In this document: positions 34,470 to 43,943 of the stretch, one piece after another
Layout: every line of letters starts with the position of its first letter
Numbering within the stretch: position 1 is the stretch's first letter
Assembly: GCA_963806205.1 (NCBI GenBank)
Contig: CAWDXF010000004.1
Span: 25,497 to 89,496 of the forward strand
Reading direction: 5' to 3'
Source: an uncultured Microthrixaceae bacterium
GTDB lineage: Bacteria; Actinomycetota; Acidimicrobiia; Acidimicrobiales; VFJN01
DNA: 64,000 nucleotides
Made by a program: the position numbers and the translations under genes
Notes under the pieces: model-generated
What the model saw: the letters and a program-made list of their open reading frames with translations, nothing else
The model's database searches: none
Told to the model about the DNA's origin: nothing

Positions 34470-35450
34470 TCAGGGGACGAGGCCTGCCTCGAGAGCCGCT
34501 CGGGCGCGGGCCACCCAGAAGTCGAGGTCCCCTCGCTCCGTGGCGCGCTTGGACTCATCGGGGTGGTCGACCACGTCGAGGGCCTTGTTCCACCCGAGCT
34601 CCATGAGCGCCCAGTACTCGGCCAGCGCGAGGACGTCCGGATCGGCGGCCGGGCCACACGCGGCCCGTGCGGCCGCCAGAAGCGCGTCGCGGCTCATGGC
34701 GACGTTGGACATGCCACCGATCGCGAAGGTGATGAAGTCGATCGCCGGCGGTCCCTCCGTGGCGATGCCCCAGTCGAGCGGGATGAGCGTGTCTCCGTCG
34801 AGCGCGAGGTTCACGAGCCAGAAGTCGCCGTGGAGCAGCGTGGTCCCGGAGCGCGACAGGGCTGCGGCCAGGGGAGCGGCGTCGCGGAGCGAGCGCTCGA
34901 GGGCGGCGGCCACCTCGGCCGGCACGAGGTCGGGGAGCAGCTCGCGGCCGCGCCGCACGGCCGCCACGAGGTCGGGGCTGGCTCGTTCGATGACGTCGAG
35001 GTGCTGGGGTGCGAACAGGCTGAGCCGCGTCTCCAGGGAGCACAGCCCCGCTGGGGCCCGTCCGGCGAAGCGCTCGTGGACGCTCGCCATCCGGGCGAGG
35101 ACGAGCCGCACCTCGTCGGCGGTCAGCACGCGCTCCCAGGTGAGGATCGCGTCGTCGAGGGCGCGACTGACGGTGACGATGCTGCCGTCCACCTCCTCGA
35201 CGCCGAGGAGCGCGCTCGCCACGCCCGCGGGGAGCGCGTCGAGGGTGCCGGCTGCGAACAGCTCGAGCTCGCGGCGACCGTTGCCGGTCAGGATCTGGGC
35301 GAGGTCCCGGTCCAGCGGGGACGTCTTGACGTAGACCGGGGTCCCGTCGGCGAGGTGCCCGGTCTCGATCGCGGCCCCGGAGCGCCCGTCGTGCTCGTCG
35401 AGCGGCCGCCGGTCGAGCACCTGGTCGAGGAGGCTCTCGCCGTCGGTCAT
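34470..35450 (-). CDS. APH/choline kinase-like phosphotransferase
   Basis: VYVK, TLLHGDFWLVN, LDWG. Confidence 0.82.
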   Translation of the reverse strand: MTDGESLLDQVLDRRPLDEHDGRSGAAIETGHLADGTPVYVKTSPLDRDLAQILTGNGRRELELFAAGTLDALPAGVASALLGVEEVDGSIVTVSRALDDAILTWERVLTADEVRLVLARMASVHERFAGRAPAGLCSLETRLSLFAPQHLDVIERASPDLVAAVRRGRELLPDLVPAEVAAALERSLRDAAPLAAALSRSGTTLLHGDFWLVNLALDGDTLIPLDWGIATEGPPAIDFITFAIGGMSNVAMSRDALLAAARAACGPAADPDVLALAEYWALMELGWNKALDVVDHPDESKRATERGDLDFWVARARAALEAGLVP

Positions 35451-36949
35451 GGCGGGACCACGGCGGGAACGGTAGTCGTGACGAGGGTTGTCGTCGTCGT
35501 GGTGGTCGTCGTCGACGTGGAGGTCGTGGTGGTGCTGATGCCCGACTCCTCGACGATCCGCTCGCGCTGCAGCCGGAGCGAGAGCGGATCGAGTTTCGCA
35601 TCCGTCGGGAGGAGCCCCTGCTCCACGAGGCGGCGCACGTGGCGGACGCTCAGGTCCCAGAAGCCGAGACCGACGCGGGCTCGCCCAGGCAGCTCGTCGA
35701 GGTCCGGCTGGGCGGCGAGCACCTCGATCTCATGGTGGGCCGCGTCCATGTAGGTGCGGATCTCGCGGCGCTCGTCGAGGAACGACCGTGCGTTGGCCAC
35801 CCCCACCACCAGCACGACCACCACGAGGACGGCCGCGCCGAGCCACCGGCCCAACCCGTCCCGGACGACGTCGGCGGCGCGCTGGAGCGCGAGGGCGCAG
35901 AACGGGAGGAGGAGCAGGGTCATCACCGCGACGTACCGCCAGGTCTCGGCGTAGTCGAGACCGCCCGACGCCCGCGCGTGAGCCGTTGACGCGGCGAACA
36001 GGACCGCGAAGAGGAGGAGCGCGCCGAGCACCGGCCGCCGCTCGTCGTCACGCCGGGCGTCCCGCCACCAGACGACCGCGACCGCGACCAGGAGGACGAC
36101 CAGCCCGGCGAGGCGGGGGAGCAGCGCGTGCAGAGGCCCCGACCACATCACGCGGGCGAACTCGAGCTGGCGACCCAGCGACTCCGTCCGGAAGACGGGT
36201 GGATCGAGCTCGCCGGCCACGTGCAGGTACACCGCGGGCTGTTGCCGGTAGGTCGCGAACCAGAGCATGTAGGGCACGAGGGGGATCGCCGCGATGAGCG
36301 CCGCCTTCCAGCGCCGGGACGCGGCGAGCATGGCCACGAGGACGGGCGCGCCGACCACCGCGACCGAGTGGCTGGCGATGGCAAGGGTCCCGAGGCCGAC
36401 CCCGAGGACGTCGCGGCGGTTCGGTGCCCCGTCGTGCCACACGAGCAAGAGGTGCGTGAGCCACATCCCGACCGCCAGGGGGAACCAGGCGTCGAGCCCC
36501 CAGAGCAGCGAGCCGGCCGCCGGGCCCCAGAACAGCAGGAGCACCGCGCTCGCCGAGGCGAGGGGACGCCGCACGCCGAGGCGGACCAGGATCCGCCGCA
36601 CCACGACCGCGATGCCCACGTGCGCGGCGGCGATCACGACCATCGTGGGGAGGTAGGTGGCGAGCCCGAAGAGGGCGACCATCCGGTGCTGCACGGCGAT
36701 GGCCACCGCCATGAGGTGGTCGTTGTGGGACCGGAAGAGATAGGCCGCCACGCCGTCGTCGGCCAGGACGTCGCGACGGCTGCCGAGGAGCATCCAGTCG
36801 TCGAACATGAACCACCCGCCCGCCCCGGCGACCACGAGCAGCACGCCGGCGGCCACCACCGCCACCGCGAACGCCCGGTCGACCAGGTGGGCGCGCCCGT
36901 CGGTCCCGTCGCCGGCCACAAGGGTCCTGAGGATGCGCCGGGCCGCCAC
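35447..36949 (-). CDS. Polytopic membrane protein, possible GT-C glycosyltransferase, with Thr-rich tail
   Basis: About 11 TM segments; WFMFDDW and HNDH in the first loop; WRY motif; poly-Thr C-terminus. Confidence 0.6.
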   Translation of the reverse strand: MAARRILRTLVAGDGTDGRAHLVDRAFAVAVVAAGVLLVVAGAGGWFMFDDWMLLGSRRDVLADDGVAAYLFRSHNDHLMAVAIAVQHRMVALFGLATYLPTMVVIAAAHVGIAVVVRRILVRLGVRRPLASASAVLLLFWGPAAGSLLWGLDAWFPLAVGMWLTHLLLVWHDGAPNRRDVLGVGLGTLAIASHSVAVVGAPVLVAMLAASRRWKAALIAAIPLVPYMLWFATYRQQPAVYLHVAGELDPPVFRTESLGRQLEFARVMWSGPLHALLPRLAGLVVLLVAVAVVWWRDARRDDERRPVLGALLLFAVLFAASTAHARASGGLDYAETWRYVAVMTLLLLPFCALALQRAADVVRDGLGRWLGAAVLVVVVLVVGVANARSFLDERREIRTYMDAAHHEIEVLAAQPDLDELPGRARVGLGFWDLSVRHVRRLVEQGLLPTDAKLDPLSLRLQRERIVEESGISTTTTSTSTTTTTTTTTLVTTTVPAVVPP

Positions 36950-37009
36950 GACACACGACGCTACGCGCGCCGCGCGGGCCGGTTCGCGCCGAAAGGGGTC
37001 GTTCGGCCC

Positions 37010-37240
37010 ATGGCCGGGGCGCAGCGGTTCCGGTCCACCGGGCAGGTGCCAGCGCGCGCCCGCCCGGACGGGCGCTTCGCGGTGCAGACCCGCATCGACC
37101 ACTGCGGCTGGTACCACGAGGAGTACATCGTCCAGGTGTTCACCCTCAACAACCGGAACCCCGGGCCCGTCCATGTCACCGGCGCCGATGGCTACCCCCG
37201 GCTGGTCTGGGCCAGCGCGCAGTACGCCGAGGTGTTCTAG
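37010..37240 (+). CDS. Hypothetical protein (76 aa)
   Basis: Strong GC3 codon bias, purine-rich RBS-like AAAGGGG upstream. Confidence 0.6.
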   Translation: MAGAQRFRSTGQVPARARPDGRFAVQTRIDHCGWYHEEYIVQVFTLNNRNPGPVHVTGADGYPRLVWASAQYAEVF

Positions 37241-38097
37241 GCGGGGACGGTGCCCTGCACCGTCGTGCGGTGCAGCTCGCGCCGGTGGCCCGCGTAGTCG
37301 TTGAGGGCGAGGTGCTGCGTGGCCCGGTTGTCCCAGATCACCAGGTCGCCGTCGCGCCAACGGTGGCGAACCGTGAAGCGGTGGTCGGTGCTGTGGTCGT
37401 GGAGGCGGTGCAGCAGACGACCGGCGCCGTCGGGGAGGTCGACGCCCTCCAGGTCGCGCACGTAGGTCTGGTTGAAGAACAGGACGCGCCGGCCGCTCGT
37501 CGGGTGGGTGCACACGAGCGGGTGGGTGCGCGTCTCGTCGGCCGACTCGTCGGTCTGGATGTCCATGCTCCCGAGCCCGTCGTGCAGCGCCTGGAGGCGG
37601 GGTGAGTAGGCGTCGCGGGCGGTGTGCACACCGCGGGCGCCGTCCTGCTCCACGACCTCGCGGAGGTCGCCGGGCAGCCAGTCCAGGGCGGCGGCCATGC
37701 TCGTGAACACCGTGTCGCCGCCCACCGGCGGCACGTCGATGGCGTGGAGCAGCGTGTAGCTCGGCGGCCGCTCGAGGAAGCTGAAGTCGGAGTGCCAGGC
37801 GCCCCCGAAGTTGAAGGCGCCGCCCTCGTCGGCCTCCTTGACGACGCGGATGACCTCGGGGTGGTCGGGCATCGTGCCCACGAACGGCGTCTCGCACGGC
37901 GGCCCGAGGTGGCGGCTCAGCTCCACCTGCTGCTCGGGCTCCAGGTGCTGCTCGGGGAAGACCACGACGTGGTGCGCGTCGAGCGCGTCGACGAGCTCCT
38001 CGACGACCGTGGCGATCGAGGTGCCGCCCAGCTCCTTCGCGAGGTCGACCCCGCCGAGCCGCGCCCCGATGACCCCCGTCAGCGGTTCGATGTCCAC
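37237..38097 (-). CDS. TauD/TfdA family Fe(II)/2-oxoglutarate dioxygenase
   Basis: WHSD, GGDT, HPLV..HP, W..GDLVIWDNRATQH, R..HR. Confidence 0.92.
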   Translation of the reverse strand: MDIEPLTGVIGARLGGVDLAKELGGTSIATVVEELVDALDAHHVVVFPEQHLEPEQQVELSRHLGPPCETPFVGTMPDHPEVIRVVKEADEGGAFNFGGAWHSDFSFLERPPSYTLLHAIDVPPVGGDTVFTSMAAALDWLPGDLREVVEQDGARGVHTARDAYSPRLQALHDGLGSMDIQTDESADETRTHPLVCTHPTSGRRVLFFNQTYVRDLEGVDLPDGAGRLLHRLHDHSTDHRFTVRHRWRDGDLVIWDNRATQHLALNDYAGHRRELHRTTVQGTVPA

Positions 38098-38118
38098 GTG
38101 GACGTCAGTGGACGCTGG

Positions 38119-38256
38119 TCAGCAGATGGGTCGGACGTCGGCGTTGTCGGCAGCCCCGCACTGGACCGGCGGCGGCCCGCAGGCAGCAGCAGCGGTCACG
38201 CCCGCGAGGAGCAGGCCGGCCACGACGAAGGTCCGAAGCCTTCGGGTGAGTGTCAT
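38119..38256 (-). CDS. 45-aa micro-lipoprotein (below the ORF-track length cutoff)
   Basis: MTLTRRLRTFVVAGLLLAGVTAAAACGPPPVQCGAADNADVRPIC*; TAGGTT -10 six nt before the ATG. Confidence 0.7.
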   Translation of the reverse strand: MTLTRRLRTFVVAGLLLAGVTAAAACGPPPVQCGAADNADVRPIC

Positions 38257-38359
38257 GCGCGGAACCTACGCCTCCTCGGCGGCGCCTGCCTCGGATCGCG
38301 TCGCCGCGATCCTCGACCGTGAGCCGTCGTTCACCTACGCTCCGCGCCGGAGGGAGCCG

Positions 38360-39892
38360 ATGGCCGTCACGCACGAGGTCACGCGCGGCGAGCGCGACGG
38401 CGGCGGCCGATCCGCTGCCCCGGAGCAGGACCGTCGCCCGCTCGTCGCCGGCATCGCGCTCGCGCTCCTCACGCCGCTGCTGGTGATCGCCGCCTTCCCG
38501 CCGGTGGGCTTCTGGCCGGCCATCTGCGCGGCGTTCGTGCCGATGCTCGTCGCTCAGCACCGGGTGCTCCCGGCGCGGTGGTCCGGGCTCGGCCCGGCGA
38601 TCGGGATCGGCGGCATGTTCGGCTTCCACCTGTCGCCGGGGCTCGTCGACGGCGGGCTGCCCGTCCTGGCGGTCGTCTGGCCCGTCTTGACGGGCGCGTT
38701 GGTGGCGCCGCTGTTCTGGCGCAGCCGCCGCTTCCACGAGGCGACGGGCTACCGCTGGTTCCTGCTTTCGGGACCCGTCGCGTGGGTGGCGCTCGACTTC
38801 CTCCGCGCCACCGCCAACGAGGTGTTCGCAGCCACCTTCGGGTACCCGGCTTACGCGCTCTGGGACCACCCCGCGCTCCTGCAGCCGCTCACCATCTTCG
38901 GCATCAACGGGCTGGAGCTCCTCCTGCTGTGCGGGAGCTGGGCCATCGCGGCGGGCGTGCTGGCCGCCATCGACCGGCGACGCCCACTCGGGACGGAGCC
39001 GGTGGTGACGGTGCGGCTCGCCGCGGTCGGGCTCGCGGCCGTGGCGGTCGCCGTGGCTGCCTGGCTCGGCACGAGCGTCGCCCTGCTCGAGGACCCCGCC
39101 CCCGACGTCACGGTCGCCGCGGTGCAGACCGGGGTCGACCGCGACGAGAAGGCGTCGGAGGAGCGCTACCGGCGGGATGTCGAGCAGACGCGCGAGGCGG
39201 CCGCCCAGGGCGCACAGCTGGTCGTGTGGAACGAGAAGGGCCTCGGGTTCGACCCCCGCGTCGAGCGCACCGAGGAGCTCCGGGCCCTGGCCGCCGAGAC
39301 CGGTGCGCACCTCGTGCTCGGCTTCGGCTTCGAGGACGCCCGCGGGCGCCATCACAACGAGGTGACGCTCCTCACCCCCGACGGCGAGTTCCTCGGCGTG
39401 TACGGCAAGGACCACCCGGGCACCTTCGCCGGTGACTTCAGCGACACCGGCGGGACCTACCCCGTCTACGACACCGCGCTCGGCCCGATCAGCACGATCA
39501 TCTGCTACGACCTCGACTTCACCGACACCGCCCGCCACATGGCCCGGGGCGGTGCCCGGCTGGTCGCCACCCCGTCGGCCGACGTGCCGTCGATCGGCCA
39601 GATCCACTTCACCCACCTCGTGTTCCGGGCCATCGAGAACCGGGTCGCCATGGTGAAGGCGGACAACGAGTTCGACTCGGCGATCATCGACCCCTACGGC
39701 CGCGTGCTGCGCAAGGTGGCGACGACCGACGGTGGGCTGCAGGCGACGCTGGTGGCTGCCGTCCCCCTCGGATCGGGCGACTCGCCGTGGGTGTCCCTCG
39801 GGGACTGGGTGGGCTGGGCCTGTGTGGCCGGCGCGGCGGGCCTGGTGGTGGGCGCGTCGCGCGTCCGGCGCCGGGGCCGGGCCACCGCCTGA
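38360..39892 (+). CDS. lnt: Apolipoprotein N-acyltransferase-like protein
   Basis: TM domain (AFPP, WVALDFLR, IFGINGL) plus nitrilase triad VWNE / YGKDH / ICYD, FRAIENR. Confidence 0.82.
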   Translation: MAVTHEVTRGERDGGGRSAAPEQDRRPLVAGIALALLTPLLVIAAFPPVGFWPAICAAFVPMLVAQHRVLPARWSGLGPAIGIGGMFGFHLSPGLVDGGLPVLAVVWPVLTGALVAPLFWRSRRFHEATGYRWFLLSGPVAWVALDFLRATANEVFAATFGYPAYALWDHPALLQPLTIFGINGLELLLLCGSWAIAAGVLAAIDRRRPLGTEPVVTVRLAAVGLAAVAVAVAAWLGTSVALLEDPAPDVTVAAVQTGVDRDEKASEERYRRDVEQTREAAAQGAQLVVWNEKGLGFDPRVERTEELRALAAETGAHLVLGFGFEDARGRHHNEVTLLTPDGEFLGVYGKDHPGTFAGDFSDTGGTYPVYDTALGPISTIICYDLDFTDTARHMARGGARLVATPSADVPSIGQIHFTHLVFRAIENRVAMVKADNEFDSAIIDPYGRVLRKVATTDGGLQATLVAAVPLGSGDSPWVSLGDWVGWACVAGAAGLVVGASRVRRRGRATA

Positions 39893-39899
39893 CGGATCG

Positions 39900-41377
39900 C
39901 TACATCCGGTCCGCGACGAGCCGGGTCAGCAGCTCGACCAGCTCAGGGCTGATCGTCGTGTTGCCGAAGGCGATCGTCTCGACCGACGAGACGCGGCTGC
40001 CGACGCGCACGTAGATGATGTCCCCGGCCAGGTCGCCGTAGGGCGACTCGCCGATGGCCTCCGCCGCGAACGCGGAGTCCCCGAAGTTGGGGAACTCCAG
40101 CGGGCTGAGCTCGATCGAGGTGCCGCCCTCCACCTCGTAGGTGCGGCAGGCCTCGATGGTGCGGGCCGTCAGGTCGAGGAACGCCTGTGCGGTGTCGTCG
40201 TCCGCGAAGGTCGCCACGACGTTGGTGATGAACGGACCGCTGTCGCCCTGGGTGAAGCCGGCGCTTGCCAGCTCCAGCGGCTTGATGACCGAGCGGGGGA
40301 TCCGGCCCTGGCAGATGTCGTCTTCGTCGGGGTTCACCGCCTGCGCCGACCACCCCCGCGGGAGGTCGTTGAGCGCGAGCACCACCTGTTCGAGGCGCGG
40401 GGCGTCGGGGTCGACGGTGGCGGGTGGGCTGGCCGACTCGCTCAGCGTCTTCGCGTCGTCGCCGCCCGCGTCGCGGAGCTGCGTGTAGCCGACGTACCCG
40501 ACCCCGAGGAGCGCCGCGATGAGGAGGGCGCGCAGACCGACGCGCAGTACGGGCGGTGCCGTCCCGCTCTCCACGACGCGGGTGTCTCGGTCGCCGCGGC
40601 GCGTGCCGGCACCGGCTCGACCCGGTGCGGGGTCGCGACGCGACGGGCGCCGGTCGGGGCGGGGCCCGCGGTCGGGCGTGCGGTCGCGTCCGCGGCCCGG
40701 TGCGCGGGTGGACGGTCGGTCGCCCTCGGCGAACCGTCGCGGCTCGGCCGGGCGCCGGGGGTCCGGTGCCCGTCGGGGCTCGGTAGGGCGCCGCGGCTCG
40801 GCCGGGCGTCGCTGGGTCGGGGACGCGCTGCCCGCGTCGCCGGCAGCGACGCGGGTGCTGATCGGGATTGCGTCCCGGCAGCCCAGGCGTCGGCCGCCCA
40901 GTCCTCCTCCGACCGGATCGGGATGGCCGACTCGCCGCCGCGATCCGGGGCCCGGCGCTCCTCGCCCCGGTCGGGTGACCGGCGGTCGTCCGGCCGCACG
41001 TCCTGGAGGCGTCGCTGCTGGATGCGCTCCTGCAGCCGTCGCTCCTCCAGCTCTCGCAGGCGTCGTACGGGCCCGGCGGGCTCGTCCTCCCTGGACGCCC
41101 GGACGGCGGCCGGGGCGCGGAGGTCGTCGGGCTCGTCGGAGTGCGCCTCGGGCTCGGGCTCGGGCTCCTCGGCGGCCGAGGGCTCGAGCGCGGCGTCGTC
41201 GTCGTGGTCGACCTCGGTCCGGCGGGGGCTGGCGCGGCGAGCGGCCCGGGCGACGGACGCGGGGGCCGGCATGGTGTCGTCGGTCCAGTCGTCGCCGTCC
41301 CACCACCGGAGGGTGGTCGGGTCGTCCTTCTGGCGGTACCACCCCGGAGGGGTGGCCTCGTCGTCGCTGCCGGCCAA
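39900..41377 (-). CDS. DUF2510 protein with Arg/Pro linker, TM helix and PknH-like extracellular domain (frameshifted)
   Basis: PPGWY..KDDP..LRWWDG..WT; TM; L.LNDLPRGW and two Cys in the outer domain; GGAGG RBS. Confidence 0.7.
40728..40817 (-). repeat. Degenerate 18-nt coding tandem repeat (about 5 copies)
   Basis: Encodes QRRPAE-PRRPTE-PRRAPD-PRRPAE-PRRFAE. Confidence 0.6.
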
Positions 41378-41516
41378 CGGCCCCTCCTGTCGCGATCCCG
41401 GCGGCTTCTGCCGACGGCGGAGCCTAGTGGGGCGGCCCGTGGCGCCTGGGCCGCCCGGGGCGGCGGGCGCAGGATCGGTGGCGATCCGGACGAAACGGAC
41501 GTACCCTCTTGCGGCA

Positions 41517-41945
41517 ATGTCCGGCCTCGTGGTGCTGGGGCTGCTCTGGGCGGCCGTCGGGATCCTGCTCGGGATCCGCTGGTGGTCCGAGCGCGAGCAG
41601 GCACCGGGTCACCACGCTGCGCACGACGCGACGGCGGAGAGTGGGTGGGCCCGCTTCGGCCGCGGGGTGGAGAGCCGGTCGGAGGACCGGCTCCAGGTGA
41701 TGCGGTTCGCGTACGCCTGCGGCACGAGCCTGGTGGCGATCGGGTTCCTGTTCCAGACGGCCGCCCCGCTGGCGTTCGGCGCGCTGTTCGTGAACCTGGG
41801 GACCATCGAGCGCTACCTGGTGGTGCTCCTGGACCGCGATCTGGCGGAGGAGCCGGCGCTGCTGCGCCCGGAGCGCCCGGCCGCCCATCGCCGCTCGCGC
41901 CAGCCCATCGTCACCCGCGTGCTCCTCGGCGACCTCGCCAAGTAG
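41517..41945 (+). CDS. Hypothetical membrane protein
   Basis: MSGLVVLGLLW..., three hydrophobic segments; TACCCT -10 upstream. Confidence 0.65.
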   Translation: MSGLVVLGLLWAAVGILLGIRWWSEREQAPGHHAAHDATAESGWARFGRGVESRSEDRLQVMRFAYACGTSLVAIGFLFQTAAPLAFGALFVNLGTIERYLVVLLDRDLAEEPALLRPERPAAHRRSRQPIVTRVLLGDLAK

Positions 41946-41990
41946 CCGCGCCCGTCCGGCAGACGGCCTCAGGTCAGGCCGGAGCAGGCA

Positions 41991-42782
41991 TCAGCTCAGC
42001 AGCCAGGTGTCTCCGTCGCGTCGGATGCGGCCGCCCCCGGGGGACGCGAACAGCGGTCCGATGAGGAGGACGTCGTCCTCCACGCAGCGGGTCAGCAACG
42101 CCGTGCGGGTGGCGGCCAGCGCCACGGGGTCGAGGTCGCCCTTGGCGGTCTCCGGCGCGGCGATCTGCGCCGGGTGGAGGAACAGGTGCCCGGTGATCAC
42201 GGCCTGCGCACCGCCGGACGTGAGCCACACCACCACATGGCCGCGGTTGTGGCCCGGCGCGTCCTCGACGTGGACGCCGGGCAGGAGGTGCTCGCCGCCG
42301 ACGACCGTGTCGACGAGGCCGGCGTCGTCGAGGGGGAGGAAGGCGAGCCCGCGTTCGTCCCCGTGCGTCCCCGCCCGCAGGTCCTCGAGCTCGGCCCGCG
42401 GGAGGACGTAGCGGGCGTTGACGAACGTGGGCGAACCGTCGCCCTGGACGTTCGCGCCGATGCCGTCGACATGGGTGTTGATGACGAGGTCGACCGCGTC
42501 CGGCTCGACCCCCGCGGCACGCAGGGCGGCGAGGCGCGGCGCGAGCCGAGCGGGGTCGTCGAAGGCGAGCCACGGGTCGACCACCACGACCGCCGACGGC
42601 GTGCGCACCACGATGGCCGACGAGCCGACCCGCAGGGAGCGGTCGGCGGAGACGTACGTGGGCGTCAGCCACGGGCGGGCCGACAGCGCGGCGGCGGTGG
42701 CCGCATCCTGCGGCAGCTCGAGCTCGAACCCCGGATCATCGACCCGGGTGACCTCGACGGCACCGAACGCCCAGTGGCCCAT
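41991..42782 (-). CDS. MBL-fold metallo-hydrolase
   Basis: INTHVDGIG, PGHNRGH, GHLFLH (degenerate metal-binding motifs). Confidence 0.78.
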   Translation of the reverse strand: MGHWAFGAVEVTRVDDPGFELELPQDAATAAALSARPWLTPTYVSADRSLRVGSSAIVVRTPSAVVVVDPWLAFDDPARLAPRLAALRAAGVEPDAVDLVINTHVDGIGANVQGDGSPTFVNARYVLPRAELEDLRAGTHGDERGLAFLPLDDAGLVDTVVGGEHLLPGVHVEDAPGHNRGHVVVWLTSGGAQAVITGHLFLHPAQIAAPETAKGDLDPVALAATRTALLTRCVEDDVLLIGPLFASPGGGRIRRDGDTWLLS

Positions 42783-42834
42783 CGCGGCGCAGCGTAGGAC
42801 CTGCCGGCGGGACCCGCCCGATAGGTTCGGACCG

Positions 42835-43521
42835 ATGTGCGGCCGCTTCGTCTCCGCCACGCCGCCAGATCAGGTGGCCGCCTACTTCGGCGCGGAGGCC
42901 CCCGAGGCGCTGCTCGAGCCGTCGTACAACGTGGCGCCCACCAACGACGTGTACGCCGTGCTCTCCGACGGCACGACCCGGCACGTCGACGCCTTCCACT
43001 GGGGCCTCGTGCCGCGCTGGGCGAAGGACCCGAAGATCGGGTCGAAGATGATCAACGCCCGGGCCGAGACCTTGGCCACGAAGAACGCCTACAAGTCGGC
43101 CTTCCAGAAGCGGCGCTGCATCATCCCCGCCGACGGCTTCTACGAGTGGCAGAAGCGCGAGGGAGAGCGCACGAAGCAGCCGTACTTCATCCACCGCCCC
43201 GACGGCGAGCCGTTCGCGTTCGCCGGGCTCTGGGAGGTGTGGAAGGGCGCCGACGGGGAGCAGGAGCCCCTCCGCTCCTGCACGATCATCACGACGACTC
43301 CCAACGAGGTGATGGCCACGATCCACGACCGGATGCCGGTGATCCTCCCGCCGGAGGCCTGGGACGCGTGGCTCGACCGCGACAACCAGGACCTGGAGCC
43401 GCTGGGCAAGCTCCTCGTACCCGCCCCGCCGGCGCTGATCGTGCTGCGCACCGTGTCGACCGAGGTCAACAACGTGCGCAACGACGGCCCCCAGCTGATG
43501 GACGAGGCCGCTCCGCTCTAG
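42835..43521 (+). CDS. SOS response-associated peptidase (SRAP/YedK)
   Basis: MCGRF, YNVAPT, WGLVP, INARAET, FYEW, IHDRMP. Confidence 0.95.
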   Translation: MCGRFVSATPPDQVAAYFGAEAPEALLEPSYNVAPTNDVYAVLSDGTTRHVDAFHWGLVPRWAKDPKIGSKMINARAETLATKNAYKSAFQKRRCIIPADGFYEWQKREGERTKQPYFIHRPDGEPFAFAGLWEVWKGADGEQEPLRSCTIITTTPNEVMATIHDRMPVILPPEAWDAWLDRDNQDLEPLGKLLVPAPPALIVLRTVSTEVNNVRNDGPQLMDEAAPL

Positions 43522-43943
43522 GAGGGGACGTGGGCGCCGTGGCCACGGGCGCGAAGGGTGGCGCGGGTGCGCTCCATCTGCTCGTCGAGGGCAGCGGGAT
43601 CCGGGTTGGTGTCCTGGTTGGCGAAGCTGAGCTGGGAGAGCATGGTGAAGGGGACGAGGTGGACATGGGTGTGGGGCACCTCTTCGCCCACGACGAGCAC
43701 CCCGACGCGATCCGGCCGGAAGGCCTCCTGCAACGCCCCGCCGATGACCTTGGCCACGGTCCACAGGTGGGCGTTGAGGTCGTCGTCGACGTCGATCCAG
43801 TGGTCCACGGGCTCGATCGGCACCACGAGCGTGTGCCCGGGCGCGAGCAGGGCGATCGGGATGAACGCGACGACCCGGTCGTCGCGCCACACGAACCGGC
43901 CCGGGATCTCCCCGTCGATGATGCGGGAGAAGATCGTCGTCAC
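43518..43943 (-). CDS. HIT family protein
   Basis: TIFSRII.GEIP, GHTLVVP, VPHTHVHLVP. Confidence 0.93.
   Translation of the reverse strand: MTTIFSRIIDGEIPGRFVWRDDRVVAFIPIALLAPGHTLVVPIEPVDHWIDVDDDLNAHLWTVAKVIGGALQEAFRPDRVGVLVVGEEVPHTHVHLVPFTMLSQLSFANQDTNPDPAALDEQMERTRATLRARGHGAHVPS

Noticed and set aside
28627-35753. Very long ORFs (1496 aa minus, 1219 aa plus; also 60382-63936 minus)
   Set aside because: Antisense or off-frame shadows of real genes in high-GC DNA, with low-complexity Arg/Gly/Pro content.
27809-43521. tRNA-integrated mobile element with att sites
   Set aside because: No duplicate of the tRNA 3' end and no integrase or transposase found by eye.
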